DNA of 64,000 nucleotides from an uncultured Planctomycetaceae bacterium (GCA_963833985.1 CAWIAD010000001.1:1632001-1696000); one strand, 5' to 3'; positions 10,539 through 22,177 are shown, counted from the stretch's first letter. Numbers and translations: made by a program. The notes: generated by a model from the sequence alone, not told the origin.

Positions 10539-13500
10539 ATGATGCGTGGCAGCACCGCGCCGCTGGCCGCCATGAGCTTGGCGATCCTGATCGTGCACTC
10601 CGCGGCCGGTGCGGAGCCGGAGCGGTCCTGGCCGCAGCCGGCGGCCGGCTGGTCGATCGAGCCGGCCAGCGAGATTCCACTGGCGGGCCAGCCGACGGCC
10701 CTGGCCGGCAGCCCGGACGGCACGCTCTACGTCGCCCTGCACCGGCCCGCGCAGCCGGGCTTCGTGCTGGCCATCCAGGACGGCAAGAGCCGCGTCTTCG
10801 CGGACGGGCTGGGCGTCGTCAGCGGCCTGGAATGGATCGACGGCACACTTTACGTGCTCCATCCGCCGGAGCTTTCCGCGATCCGGGACACGGACCGCGA
10901 CGGCCGGGCCGACCAGCGGGTCACGCTGGTCAGCGGCCTGGGCCCGAAACCCGTGGCTGCGCTCGGCGTGAGCGACCACATCGTCGCGGGCCTGAGAGCG
11001 GGCATCGATGGTTTCCTGTACATGGCCGTGGGTGATCGCGGCATCGCCCGCGCGCGGGGGGCGGACGGCAAGACGCTCGCGCTCGTCGGTGGCGGCGTCA
11101 TCCGCGTGCGGTCTGACGGCCGGGGGATCGAGGTCGTCTCCACGGGCAGCCGCAAGCCGCGCCTCCATCTGCATGAGCTCCACGGGCGAGGTCTTCACCC
11201 TGGAAGGCTCCCAGGCCGGCGCACGCTGGCCCGGTGGATTGACGCACCACATCGAGGGCGGCCGCTACGGCTACCCGTACGACTTCCTCACCGCACCGAC
11301 GCGCTGCTTGCCGCTGGCCGGTGGCGACTTCGCCGAGCCAGGGGTCGAGGGCGTCTGGTACGACAGGCCCGGGCCGCCCGACCACAGTTCCGGCACCATC
11401 CTGGCTTGTGACCGGGCGCGGCAGGCGGTCATAGCTCTCGATATCCGCAGGTCAGGAGGCACGTTCGCAGTCGTCCGGCAGACCCCGATTGTGACCAGGG
11501 GACAGGCGGCGGATTTCCATCCCGTGACCCTCGCCGTCCGCCAGGGCGGACCAGGATGCTGGATCGCGGACTGGGGGAGCGATGCGTGGCCAGGACGGGA
11601 GGCGGCTGCCGGCCGGCTATGGTTGCTGGGACGTCACGGAGCCGACCGGAACGGACCGGAAATCGGCGGTTCACTCGCCGTGCCTGAAGACCCGATGCAG
11701 GCGCTCGACCACCCCGCGCTGGCGGTCCGGCTGGCCGCCCAGAGGAAGCTCGCGGGGCAGGGGAGTGCCTCGACCTTGCCCTTGATGGGCCGGTTGCATG
11801 CCGGCGGATCGCAGGCGGTCCGGCTGCACGCCCTCTGGGCCCTGGACGCCGTGGGCGGTCCGCAAGCCGCCCAGGCCATTCGCGGTGCGCTCCGCGATTC
11901 CTCCGCGGCGGTCCGCCTTCAGGCCTCCCGGAGCTGCGGCGATCGAACCGATCGAGCGGCCGCGCCGCAGCTCTTGATCCTGCTTGCCGACGGCGATGCC
12001 GCGGTCCGCCGCCAGGCCGCCTGCGCCTTGGGAAAGCTGGGCGACCGGCAGGCCATGGCCGGGTTGCTGGCCGCACTCGGCGAGACGGACCGCACCGCGG
12101 CATGGTCGATCCGCACCGCGATCCGCCGGCTCGGTTTTCCCGAGGCGCCCGCGATCAGCGCGGCGCTGCGCGATCCTCGCCGGCGTGAAAACCTGCTGGT
12201 GCTGGCCGACGAATCGTGGTCGGTCGCCGTCGTCCAGGGGCTCGTGTCGGCCCTGCCGGTGACTCCCGAGCCCGCGCTGCGGGGGCGCATGGTCGCCCTG
12301 CTGGCGGGGCAGTATCGCACGTATCCACAAGCCCCCGGCGCATGGTGGGCCCCTGAGCCGGCAACGAGCGGGCGGCCGCGCAAGACCGCGGCGTGGGACA
12401 GCGCGGGCATGAACGCTGTTATCCAGGGGCTGCGGCTGGGCCTGCACGACCCGGATGCCCTGGTGCGCTTTCAGGCGATCATCGGCCTGGGCGAGGTTGG
12501 ACAGCCGGCGGCCCCCTGGCTCTGCCAGGGCTTCTCCAGCGAGCCCGACGCGCGTAACCAGGCCTTGCTGGCCGAGACGCTGGCCGGGATGAACGATGCC
12601 GGGTCGGTGCAACTGCTCACCAGCCTTGCCGTGGACACCCGGCGCGCCGAACCGGTGCGCGCCGCGGCCCTGGACGGCCTGGCGCGGTATCGCGGCCGCA
12701 GCGTTGTCCGGGCGCGGCTTGCGGTCCTCTACGACCCGAGCGCCTCCAGCAACGCTGGCGGCCCGGGCCCTGCTACCGCTCGCGCGCGATGGAATTCTGC
12801 CGCCCAACGACCTGGCCGCTTTCCTCGACAGCCCTCGGCCGCTCGTGCGTGCGGCCGCGCTCATGTGCCTGAACGCCCGGCAGCCGTTGCCAGAGGAGCT
12901 CAAGGCACTGGTCCTGGCGCGGCTGGACGACCCGGTACGGGACGTCCGGCATGCCGCCGTGCTGGCGGCCGGAGTGCTCAGGCTGCGCGAGGCGATCCCG
13001 CGGCTCATCGCAACGGCCGGCGCCGGCCCGACCGGCTCGGGCCTGCGTGTGCAGGCGATCACCGCGCTCTGCCTGATGCCCGACCCGCGCGCCCGGGCAC
13101 TCTATCGCCAGGCCGCCGCCGAGGCCGATCCCGCGCTACGACGGGCCGCGGAAAGCGCCCTGGCAAGCCTGGGCGGACCGGCGGACAGGCAGGTTGTCCG
13201 CGCCGCCGGCGCCGGCGCCGGGCCGCGGCCGCCCGACACCCGGGCACTGGGCCGGTTCGCGCTCACCCACCTGTCCGACCCGCTCAAGGGCGAGGAACTC
13301 TTCTTCACCCGGCAAGAGCTGGACTGCGGCCGTTGCCACCGCGCGGCAGGCCGCGGCGCCGCCGCGCCGGGGCCGGACCTGAGCGGCCTCGGTGCACGGT
13401 ACGACCGGGCGGCGATCATCCAGATCTTGCTCCAGCCGCCGGCACGCGTTGCCGACGCTCACCATACCGTGCAGGGCCCGGCAAAGACATTGACACCGCT

Positions 13501-13606
13501 CGAATTCACGGATTTGATAGGTTTCCTTGAGAAACAAAAACACTCCGATATGAGCACTCAACCCATGCACGCGGACGCACCTCGGGATGCCGGGAAACGT
13601 GAGTGA
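10539..13606 (+). CDS. PVC-type beta-propeller + HEAT repeat + CxxCH protein, split by two frameshifts (~11162, ~12745)
   Basis: Signal peptide, DTDRDGRAD and DGFLYMAVGD propeller motifs, HEAT repeats (VRLHALWAL, VRRQAACALG), C-terminal GEELFF..CGRCH..GPDLS. Confidence 0.75.
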
Positions 13607-13746
13607 ATGCGCGGACGCCGCTCCAGTTTTCCGCTGTGCGCGATCGGCGGCCGTTCGCAGCAGACCATATGCTCTGCGATCTGGACCTGTTAAACTCAAG
13701 TATAGCAACTCGTGCAGAATGACTTTTCTCTACGAAGGTTTTAACG

Positions 13747-16593
13747 GTGGAACCGCCTCCTGTCCTGACTGACTCCTATCCCAGCGAAGAAGGACTGCCG
13801 ACCCTGAAGCCCGACCTCGTCGAGGAAGCTTTCCAGGAAGAGATCGACAATATTGTCCCGACCCGCGGATACCAGATGACCCCTATGGTCGGCCTGGGGG
13901 GGTCGGCCGGCAGCGTTCAAGCGCTGACGGAGTTCTTCCGGGCCATGCCGCCGGACAGCGGCATGGTGTTTGTGGTGGTCCTGCACCTCTCGCCGTCCCA
14001 CGAGTCGACCCTGGCCGAGATCCTCGGACGCGCCACCACGATGCACGTGGTGCAGGCGGAGGACGGCCAGAAGGTGCAGCCCGACCATGTCTACGTGATC
14101 CCGCCCGGAAAGTACCTGACCACGGTCAATGGCCACCTGCGGCTCATCGACCTGCAAAGCGAGCGCGGCAAGCGCGTGGCCGTGGACCTCTTCTTTCGTT
14201 CACTCGCAGATACCCACGGTCCGCACGCGGCCGCGGTGGTGCTCTCGGGCGCCGATGGCGACGGCGCCATCGGCATCAAGCGGATCAAGGAGCGGGGCGG
14301 TCTGACGATCGCTCAGGATCCCGACGAGGCCGAGCACCCGGGGATGCCCCGCGCCTCCATCGGCACGGGAATGGTGGACTGGGTGCTGCCGATCGCGGAT
14401 ATCCCGCGCCGGCTGCTGGCGTACCGCGACAACGAGATCCGGTTGAAGCTGCCCCCGGAGGAGAGCCCCGAGCCTGCTCAGCGGGGGCTCTCAAAAGACG
14501 ATAACGAGGCCGCGCTGCGCGATGTGCTTGTCTTCCTGCGCACCCGCACCGGATGCGACTTCTCCTATTACAAGCGTGCCACCATCGTGCGGCGGATCGC
14601 GCGGCGAATGCAGGTCAACGGTGTTGAGGACGTGCCGACTTACCTGAATCATCTGCGCACGCACCTGGGTGAGGCCGGCGCGCTGCTCCAGGATTTGCTC
14701 ATCTCGGTGACCAACTTCTTCCGCGACCGCGAGTCGTTCAAGGCCCTCGAGGAGCACATCACCACTCTGTTCCAGGACAAGGGCCCGGGAGATACCTTGC
14801 GCGTCTGGGTGCCTGCTTGCGCCACCGGCGAGGAAGCCTACTCGATCGCCATGATCCTGCTCGAGCACGCCGAGCATCTGGAGGCTCCGCCCACCCTGCA
14901 AATCTTCGCCTGCGATCTGGATGACGCGGCCATCCGCGTTGCCCGCGCCGGCCACTATGCAGCCGCGATCACGGCCGACGTGAGCGAGCAGCGGTTGCGG
15001 CGGTTCTTCGTGCAGGATCATCACGGCTACCACGTCCGCCGGGAGCTGCGGGAGATGGTCCTGTTCGCGACCCACAACCTGCTCAAGGATGCGCCCTTCT
15101 CCCGCATGGACCTGATCTCGTGCCGAAACCTGCTCATCTACCTGTCATCCGAGGCGCAGAACCGGGTGCTGGACACGTTCCATTTCTCGCTCCGGCCGGA
15201 CGGGCGTCTGTTTCTGGGAACCTCGGAATCAATCGACGATAGCAGCCGTCTGTTCCGCGTGCTGGACAAGCGGCATCGGATCTACGGGAGGCTGTTGGGA
15301 CAGCGCATGGGATTGCCCATGCCCACGGGTCCCGGCTCGCTGCTGCCTGTCATCGCGGCCGGCAGCCTGATGCAGTCGGCCCCCATCGTCCACGGCAAGC
15401 GGTTCACCCAGGGCGCGGCCATTCAGCACACGGCGTCATCCTGGCAGGGCTTCGAGCATGCGTCGCTGGCGGAGCTGCATTTCCGGCTTGTGGAACGGCT
15501 GGCCCCACCCTCGGTGATCATCAACGCCGACCAGGAAATCGTGCATCTCTCCGAACACGCCAGCACATTTCTGAGATTCACCAGCGGGGAACCATCCATG
15601 AACATCCTGCGAGTGGTCCACCCGATGCTGCGCGGCGAGCTGCGCTCGGCGCTCTTCCGCGCCTCGGAGACCAACGATATCGTGGAGGCGAAGGGGGTTC
15701 CCTGCGAGATCGACGACCTGAGCTGGCTCATCGATCTGCGGGTTTCGCCTGCATCCGAGCTTGCGCCGGGGTGTTACCTGGTGATCTTTGACAAGCACTC
15801 GGCGACGATCCAGGAGGACGGCTCCCAGGCCGAGTTGGCCCCTAGCCACGAGCACTTCGTGCGGCACCTGGAGCGCGAGCTGGAGCAGACCCGTGCGCGG
15901 CTGCGCGACATCGTCGACCAGTCCGAGGCATCGACCGAGGAGCTCAAGGCCAGCAACGAGGAGCTCCAGGCCATGAACGAGGAGCTCCGCTCCGCCACCG
16001 AGGAGCTGGAAACCGGCCGCGAGGAATTGCAATCGATCAACGAAGAGCTGACCACCGTGAACCAGGAGATGAAGGTCAAGGTGGACGAGATCGCCCACGC
16101 GAACTCGGACCTGCAAAACCTCATGGCCTCCACCTCCATCGCCACCGTGTTCCTGGACCGCAACCTGGCGATCACTCGCTACACCCCCTCCGCCGTGCGG
16201 CTCTTCCACCTGATCCCGGGAGATGTGGGCCGCCCACTGGCGCACCTGAACCCGCGGCTTGATTACCCCGATCTGATGGCAGACGCGGAACAGGTTTTGC
16301 GTAGCCTTGTACCCGTGGAACGCGAAGTGCGCGGTAACGGCGACTGGTTTCTGGCCCGGATTCAACCTTATCGCACCCTGGAAGATCATATCGGCGGGGC
16401 CGTGCTGACCTTCGTCGATATCACGGAAAGGCGCAAGGCGACCGAGGCACTACGCGAGCAGCTTGCCGAACTGGAGCGGTTCAACACCGTGGCGGTGGGA
16501 CGGGAGACCCGCATGATCGAGCTCAAGAAGGAGGTCAACGATCTGTGCGGCCGGCTGGCCGAAGCGCCCCGTTACAAGCTGGATTTCGAGTGA
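13747..16593 (+). CDS. CheB/CheR fusion protein with coiled coil and PAS domains
   Basis: GGSAG, VVLHL, LSGADGDG (CheB); WVPACATGEEAYS, ISCRNLLIY (CheR); SNEELQAMNEEL; PAS. Confidence 0.93.
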   Translation: MEPPPVLTDSYPSEEGLPTLKPDLVEEAFQEEIDNIVPTRGYQMTPMVGLGGSAGSVQALTEFFRAMPPDSGMVFVVVLHLSPSHESTLAEILGRATTMHVVQAEDGQKVQPDHVYVIPPGKYLTTVNGHLRLIDLQSERGKRVAVDLFFRSLADTHGPHAAAVVLSGADGDGAIGIKRIKERGGLTIAQDPDEAEHPGMPRASIGTGMVDWVLPIADIPRRLLAYRDNEIRLKLPPEESPEPAQRGLSKDDNEAALRDVLVFLRTRTGCDFSYYKRATIVRRIARRMQVNGVEDVPTYLNHLRTHLGEAGALLQDLLISVTNFFRDRESFKALEEHITTLFQDKGPGDTLRVWVPACATGEEAYSIAMILLEHAEHLEAPPTLQIFACDLDDAAIRVARAGHYAAAITADVSEQRLRRFFVQDHHGYHVRRELREMVLFATHNLLKDAPFSRMDLISCRNLLIYLSSEAQNRVLDTFHFSLRPDGRLFLGTSESIDDSSRLFRVLDKRHRIYGRLLGQRMGLPMPTGPGSLLPVIAAGSLMQSAPIVHGKRFTQGAAIQHTASSWQGFEHASLAELHFRLVERLAPPSVIINADQEIVHLSEHASTFLRFTSGEPSMNILRVVHPMLRGELRSALFRASETNDIVEAKGVPCEIDDLSWLIDLRVSPASELAPGCYLVIFDKHSATIQEDGSQAELAPSHEHFVRHLERELEQTRARLRDIVDQSEASTEELKASNEELQAMNEELRSATEELETGREELQSINEELTTVNQEMKVKVDEIAHANSDLQNLMASTSIATVFLDRNLAITRYTPSAVRLFHLIPGDVGRPLAHLNPRLDYPDLMADAEQVLRSLVPVEREVRGNGDWFLARIQPYRTLEDHIGGAVLTFVDITERRKATEALREQLAELERFNTVAVGRETRMIELKKEVNDLCGRLAEAPRYKLDFE

Positions 16594-16721
16594 GGATTCC
16601 GGGTAAGACAAGACAACTGATGGTCCTTCAGGAATGGATTGGGCCCGGGCGTTCGACGTGGAGGCTCTCGGCGAGGATGCAAGCTGTGGCCTTCCATCTT
16701 TTCTGAATAGCGGCATGGATC

Positions 16722-18558
16722 ATGGTCGACATGGAAAACCGCCCCAAAGAAGACATGCCACCGGGGTTGACCGTGGAACAACTCCGAACGCTCAATGCAC
16801 ACTGGCGCGAAGAAGCGCAGCACCTGATGCAGCAGAACCAGGACCTCATGCGGCAGATCTCCGAGGAACGGAGCAACAGCGAACAACGGTGCGCTGCGCG
16901 GCTCGCGGCGCTGAACCTGATGGAGGACGCGGTCGCCGCGCGCCACTCCGAGCAACGTGAGAGCCTCCAGCGGCTCCATGCCGAGTCGGAGCTGCGTCGT
17001 TCCGTCGAGAAGTACCGGACCCTGTTCGAGTCCATCGATGAAGGTTTCTTTATACTTCAGAAAGTCGAGTCGAGCTCGGAAGGATTGCCCGATTTCCTGA
17101 TTGCGGAAGCCAATCCGGCATTCGCTGCGCACATAGGCATCAAACACGTGGCCGGCATGACCATGCGGCAGGCCTTCGCGGGCGAGCCGGAAGACTGGTA
17201 CCTCACATTCGGCACCATTCTCGATTCCGGCCGGGCCGTGCGTTTCGAGCGCGAGCTGGTTTCGCGGTCCCGGATCGTGGAGCTCTATGCGTTCCGGCTT
17301 GAACACGAAAACCAGCAGCAGGTTGCCGTGCTCTGCCGCGATGTCTCGGAACGCAAGGCCGCCGAGCAGGAACTGCGCGATGCCGACCGACGCAAGGATG
17401 AATTCCTGGCCACCCTGGCGCACGAGCTGCGCAACCCGCTGGCGCCCATCTCCAACTGCTTGCAGCTCCTGCGCACCATGGCCGGCTTCGACGCTGACGC
17501 GCTGGAGTTTTGCGAGATGATGCAACGCCAGGTGGACCACATGGTCCGGCTGGTGGATGATCTCATGGAAGTATCGCGGATCACGCGCGGGATGATCGAG
17601 CTGCGGCCGGATCAGACCGATCTGGGAACCATCTTGCGGGGAGCCGTGGAGCAGAGCGGCCCGGTGATCGAAAGCTTCGGGCACGAGCTGATCATCTCCC
17701 TTCCCGAAGATCCGCTGCCGATCTTCGGAGACGTGATCCGGCTCGGGCAGGTGTTCGCCAACCTGCTGAACAACGCCGCCAGGTACACCGACCAGAGCGG
17801 ACGCATCTGGCTCTCCGCGGGGCAGGAGGGGAACGAGGCGGTGGTCACGGTGCGTGATACGGGCATCGGCATCGAGCCCGCGATGCTCCCCGCCATCTTC
17901 GGGCTCTTCGCACAGGCCGACACCTCCCGGACCCGGTCCCAGAGCGGCCTGGGCATCGGCCTGACACTGGCGAAGCGGCTGGTGGAGATGCACGCCGGTA
18001 CGATCTCGGCCCGGAGTGAGGGGCTTGGGCAGGGAAGCGAGTTCATCGTGCGGCTTCCCCTCGCGGAGGTGCCCGCGCCTGTGCCGGGCGAGTCCGGAAA
18101 CGGTGAGCCGGGAAGCGATCTTGTCCTGCGGCGCGTGCTGGTGGTGGATGACAATGCCGACTCGGCCGACAGCCTGGGAATGCTGCTCAGATCACTCGGC
18201 ACGGAGGTGAGAACTGTTTACGACGGCCCGCTGGCGCGTAGAGGTCGTCCAGGATTACCGCCCGGACGCGGTCTTCCTCGATATCGGCATGCCGGGTATG
18301 GACGGCCTGGAAGTGGCCCGCCGGATTCGCCGGTACCCGGGGCTGGAAGGCGTACTGCTCGTGGCTTTGACCGGCTGGGGACAGCCCACCGATCGCGAAC
18401 TCACCCGCGCCGCGGGGTTCGACCATCACCTGGTGAAACCGGCGCAGCCGCACATCTTACGAAGACTGCTCGCGGAGACGCAGGACGACAGGATGGCGGG
18501 TGCCGCTTCCCCCCCCCCGTTCCTGATGCCTCCTCGCGGGCACTTGCTTTCGAGCTAG
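16722..18558 (+). CDS. PAS hybrid histidine kinase/response regulator, frameshift at ~18237 in the receiver domain
   Basis: FLATLAHELRNPL, NLLNNAARYT, DTGIGI, GLGIGL; VLVVDDN then, in the next frame, FLDIGMPGMDG...HLVKP. Confidence 0.88.
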
Positions 18559-18638
18559 AAAAAAGCGCTGGCCGCCAGTAGAGTCATGTTTAAGGATTGC
18601 GGGGGTATTGCAGCCACCAAGGAGAAACGCAAACGATC

Positions 18639-19202
18639 ATGTTGCTGAAAGCCACGGACATTCGCAGGGGAATGGTCGTCACCATCGACGGAGTGAACTT
18701 TGTGGTCGTGGACTTTGCCCACCACACGCCGGGCAACCTCCGGGCGATGGTGCAGACGAAGCTGCGGAACATGAACAACGGCGCCCTCATCGACAAGCGC
18801 CTGCGGTCGGTCGACCAGATCGAGGTTCCCTACGTGGAAACCAAGGAGTACGAGTACCTCTACTCCGCCGGCGACGAGCACGTCTTCATGGATACCGAAA
18901 CGTACGACCAGCTGCATTTTGACGAGAACATCATTGGCACGGCGATGCAGTTCCTGCTGCCCAACACCAGGGTGATGGTCAAGTACATCAGCGACAAGCC
19001 CGTGTCGATCGAGATCCCCGACTCGGTGGAGCTGACGGTCTCTGACACTCCTCCATCGCTGACCGGGGCGACCGCCACCAACCAGTACAAGGAAGCGACC
19101 CTGGAGACAGGGCTGAAGGTGCAGGTGCCGCCCTTCATCAAGCCGGGTGAGAAGATCCGCATCGACACCCGCACCGCCGAGTACCTGGAGCGCGTGAAGT
19201 GA
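18639..19202 (+). CDS. efp: Elongation factor P
   Basis: ATDIRRGM, TPGN loop, FMDTETYDQ, ATLETG...VPPFI..GEKIRIDTRT.EY; upstream AAGGAG. Confidence 0.95.
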   Translation: MLLKATDIRRGMVVTIDGVNFVVVDFAHHTPGNLRAMVQTKLRNMNNGALIDKRLRSVDQIEVPYVETKEYEYLYSAGDEHVFMDTETYDQLHFDENIIGTAMQFLLPNTRVMVKYISDKPVSIEIPDSVELTVSDTPPSLTGATATNQYKEATLETGLKVQVPPFIKPGEKIRIDTRTAEYLERVK

Positions 19203-19221
19203 GCGGAAGCGAGGCGTCTCC

Positions 19222-20376
19222 GTGGACTCCTTGACGAGGCTTCTGGCCGAACTGGTCTCGATCTCCAGCGTCAACCCCATGGGCCGTGCCCTGCACGGGC
19301 CCGGCGTCTTCGAGACCCATTTGACGGACTACCTCGAGGACTGGTTTGGCCGGCAGGGGATCTCGTGCACCCGCCAGCCGGTCGCGGCCGGCCGCGACAA
19401 CCTGCTGGCGCGGTTCGACTCGCCGGGGTCGCGGCGGACCCTGCTCTTCGACGTCCATCAGGACACCGTTCCCACCGACGGGATGACGATCGACCCGTTC
19501 CAGCCGCGGATCGAGAGCGGGCGGATGTGGGGCAGGGGTGCCTGCGACATCAAGGGGGGCATGGCCGCCATGCTCGTGGCGCTGGAGCGGCTGTGCCGCG
19601 AGCGTCCCGCCCGGGCTGCCTCCGTGCTGCTGGCCTGCACCGTCGACGAGGAATTCACTCATACCGGGGCGTCGCGGCTGGCGGAGGGCTTGCCGCAGGT
19701 CGACCTGGCCGTCGTCGCCGAGCCAACCCGGCTCGATCTGGTCCATTGCCACAAAGGTGCCATCCGCACCAAGCTGCGAACCCGCGGAGTCGCCTGCCAC
19801 AGCTCGACTCCAGAGCGCGGCGTCAACGCCATCTACGCCATGTGCCGCGTGATCCGCGCGCTGGCCGAGTACGCGGGGGTCCTCGGAAGTCAGCCGCCCG
19901 ATCCGCTCGTCGGCCCGCCCAGCCTCTCGGTGGGACGCATTGAAGGCGGGCAAAGCGTGAACATCGTGCCCGACTGGTGCGAGATCGAGATCGACCGCCG
20001 GCTGGTGCCCGGGGAAGAGCCCGAGGCCTCGTTCGCCGCATTGCGGCAATTCCTCGCGGACCGGTTGGGTACACTGGAAGACGTGCAGCTTGATCCGCCC
20101 TGGGTGACCCTGCCTCCACTGGTCCCGCGCGTGCAGACCTGGCTCGAGCCGCTCAAAGAGGCCGTACGCACGGGCTCGGGCCGGGAGCCCGCCGTCGTCG
20201 GCGTGCCCTACGGCACCGACGCCGGACCGCTGGGCGCGCGCGGCATCCCCTGCGTGGTCTTCGGACCCGGCGACATCGCCCAGGCCCACACCCACGACGA
20301 ATGGGTCGAACTCGACCAGGTCCACCGCGCCGCGGATGCCTACTACCAGATGGCCCTGGTGCTGGGCCAGGCGTGA
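19222..20376 (+). CDS. M20 family metallopeptidase (ArgE/DapE-like)
   Basis: HQDTV, GRGACDIKG, DEE, AEPT, HSSTPERG, GTDAG, AHT. Confidence 0.9.
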   Translation: MDSLTRLLAELVSISSVNPMGRALHGPGVFETHLTDYLEDWFGRQGISCTRQPVAAGRDNLLARFDSPGSRRTLLFDVHQDTVPTDGMTIDPFQPRIESGRMWGRGACDIKGGMAAMLVALERLCRERPARAASVLLACTVDEEFTHTGASRLAEGLPQVDLAVVAEPTRLDLVHCHKGAIRTKLRTRGVACHSSTPERGVNAIYAMCRVIRALAEYAGVLGSQPPDPLVGPPSLSVGRIEGGQSVNIVPDWCEIEIDRRLVPGEEPEASFAALRQFLADRLGTLEDVQLDPPWVTLPPLVPRVQTWLEPLKEAVRTGSGREPAVVGVPYGTDAGPLGARGIPCVVFGPGDIAQAHTHDEWVELDQVHRAADAYYQMALVLGQA

Positions 20377-20480
20377 GGGCCCAGACGCAATGAAATCGCC
20401 CCGCCATCCCTCCTTGGGTCAGAAGGGCGACGGGGCGATTCCTCGGGAGCACTCAGACGACGAACCTCAGAGGTTGAATT

Positions 20481-20822
20481 CTAGAAGACGTCAAGCACGT
20501 AATGCTTGCCCTGGTAGAATTTCTTCTTGTCCCACTCGTGCCAGCCGTGCGGGTGGCGGAAGAAGCCCAGGACCCTGTAACCACCGTAGTAGTTTCGATA
20601 GTAGGGGCCCTGAATCTGGGGAACGATGCGCTGTTCCCGCGGGTAGCGATACCAGCCGTCGTAGAGTCCGTTGTATTCGAAGCCGTTGGCCGGGACCTGG
20701 GGCGGCACGTACGGCCAGTGCAGGTAATCCGTCCAGTCCTGAGCCTGCGCGGACTTCGCTCCGCCGCAGCCGAGCAGAGCCGCGACCAGCAGCAGCGTCT
20801 TGATCGATGTGCCTCGCGACAC
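20481..20822 (-). CDS. Small secreted Tyr/Trp/Gly-rich protein
   Basis: GGAGG RBS, GTG start, signal peptide ending AQA, GC3-biased codons. Confidence 0.7.
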   Translation of the reverse strand: MSRGTSIKTLLLVAALLGCGGAKSAQAQDWTDYLHWPYVPPQVPANGFEYNGLYDGWYRYPREQRIVPQIQGPYYRNYYGGYRVLGFFRHPHGWHEWDKKKFYQGKHYVLDVF

Positions 20823-20857
20823 GTTCCACCTCCATGTAGGGAAGCCATTCCCAAAAC

Positions 20858-22156
20858 ATGAGTAACATGCCACACGCTCCGGAAGCCGGCGGGAAATCGC
20901 CGAAAAAATCTTCTCGCGAGAAAACGGTTATGCCAGAGGCCCGGATTGGCTCGGAACTGTGCGGTCTGCTGCCCGGGAAACCCCGGTCGGTCGTTCCCAC
21001 TCTGCTGACCCTGCTGGCCATGGCGGCCAGCGGCTGGGGGCCGCTTGCGGAGTTTGCCGCTCGTGCCGATGAGCCCCTCGGGACCGTCCCGGACCAACGG
21101 CAACTGAAGGCGATCGTGGCCACGCTGACCTCTGCCGAGATGCAGGGCCGGCGCGGCGAAGGGGCACGCAAGGCGGCCGCTTACCTGGTGGACGCCTTCC
21201 AGAAACTCCGGCTCGAACCGCTCTTCGGGGGGCAGTTCCTCCAGCAGATCCCCGCGTCGGAACCGGGCCGGATCCAGGGGCGGAACGTCGGCGCGATGCT
21301 CAGGGGAATCGACCCCGTCCTGCGCGACCAGTGGATCATCGTCTCGGCACATTACGACCACCTGGGCATCCGCAGGGGAGTACTCTATCCCGGCGCCGAC
21401 GACAACGCATCCGGCGTGGCCATGCTGCTCGAGGTGGCCCGGGCCATCTCAGGCTCTCCCGAACCCCCGCGCCGCAGCCTCATGTTCGTCGCCTTCGACC
21501 TGGAAGAGATTGGCCTCTTCGGCTCACGCTACTTCGTGGCCCATCCTCCGGTGCCACTCCCGCAGGTGGCCCTGTTCATGACCGCGGACATGATCGGCCG
21601 GTCCCTGGGGGGCGTGTGCAAGAGCCACGTCTTCGTGCTGGGGACCGAGAACGCCCCGGGACTGCGCGACTGGATCGGCCAGGCCGCCCACGAGCGGCCC
21701 TTGACCGTGGGCCTCCTGGGTTCAGACATCCTGATCCTCAACCGCAGCGATTACGGGCCGTTTCGCACGCGCCGCGTCCCGTACCTGTTCTTCAGCACGG
21801 GGGAGAACCCCTGCTACCATTCGCCCGAGGACAAGCCGGAGACACTCGACTACGCCAAGCTGACGGCGATCAGCCAGATGATTCACGGTGTCACGCGCAC
21901 CGCCGCGGCCGCGGATACGGTCCCCCGCTGGAGTGACGCTCCGGATCATTCCCTGGCCGAGGCCATCACGATGCGCGACGTGATCGCCAGGCTCCTGGAG
22001 AATCAGCAGAGCCTGAAACTGAGCCCGGCTCAGCTCTTTCTCATGAAGCACACCATGCAGAACCTGGCCGCCATCATCGCCCGCGGCGCGATGAGCGAAA
22101 CCGAGCGCTCCGGGGTGGTTCAAGCGGTGCGCGTGATCCTGCTCATGCTCCAGTGA
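20858..22156 (+). CDS. M28 family peptidase (start uncertain)
   Basis: SAHYDHLG, GADDNASG, EEIGLFGS, RSDY, YHSPED. Confidence 0.9.
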   Translation: MSNMPHAPEAGGKSPKKSSREKTVMPEARIGSELCGLLPGKPRSVVPTLLTLLAMAASGWGPLAEFAARADEPLGTVPDQRQLKAIVATLTSAEMQGRRGEGARKAAAYLVDAFQKLRLEPLFGGQFLQQIPASEPGRIQGRNVGAMLRGIDPVLRDQWIIVSAHYDHLGIRRGVLYPGADDNASGVAMLLEVARAISGSPEPPRRSLMFVAFDLEEIGLFGSRYFVAHPPVPLPQVALFMTADMIGRSLGGVCKSHVFVLGTENAPGLRDWIGQAAHERPLTVGLLGSDILILNRSDYGPFRTRRVPYLFFSTGENPCYHSPEDKPETLDYAKLTAISQMIHGVTRTAAAADTVPRWSDAPDHSLAEAITMRDVIARLLENQQSLKLSPAQLFLMKHTMQNLAAIIARGAMSETERSGVVQAVRVILLMLQ

Positions 22157-22177
22157 GGTCTTGAGCCGGCCTTTCGC

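Noticed and set aside
18232..18242. Programmed frameshifting at the split genes
   Set aside because: No slippery heptamers or shared stimulatory signal; sequencing error is simpler
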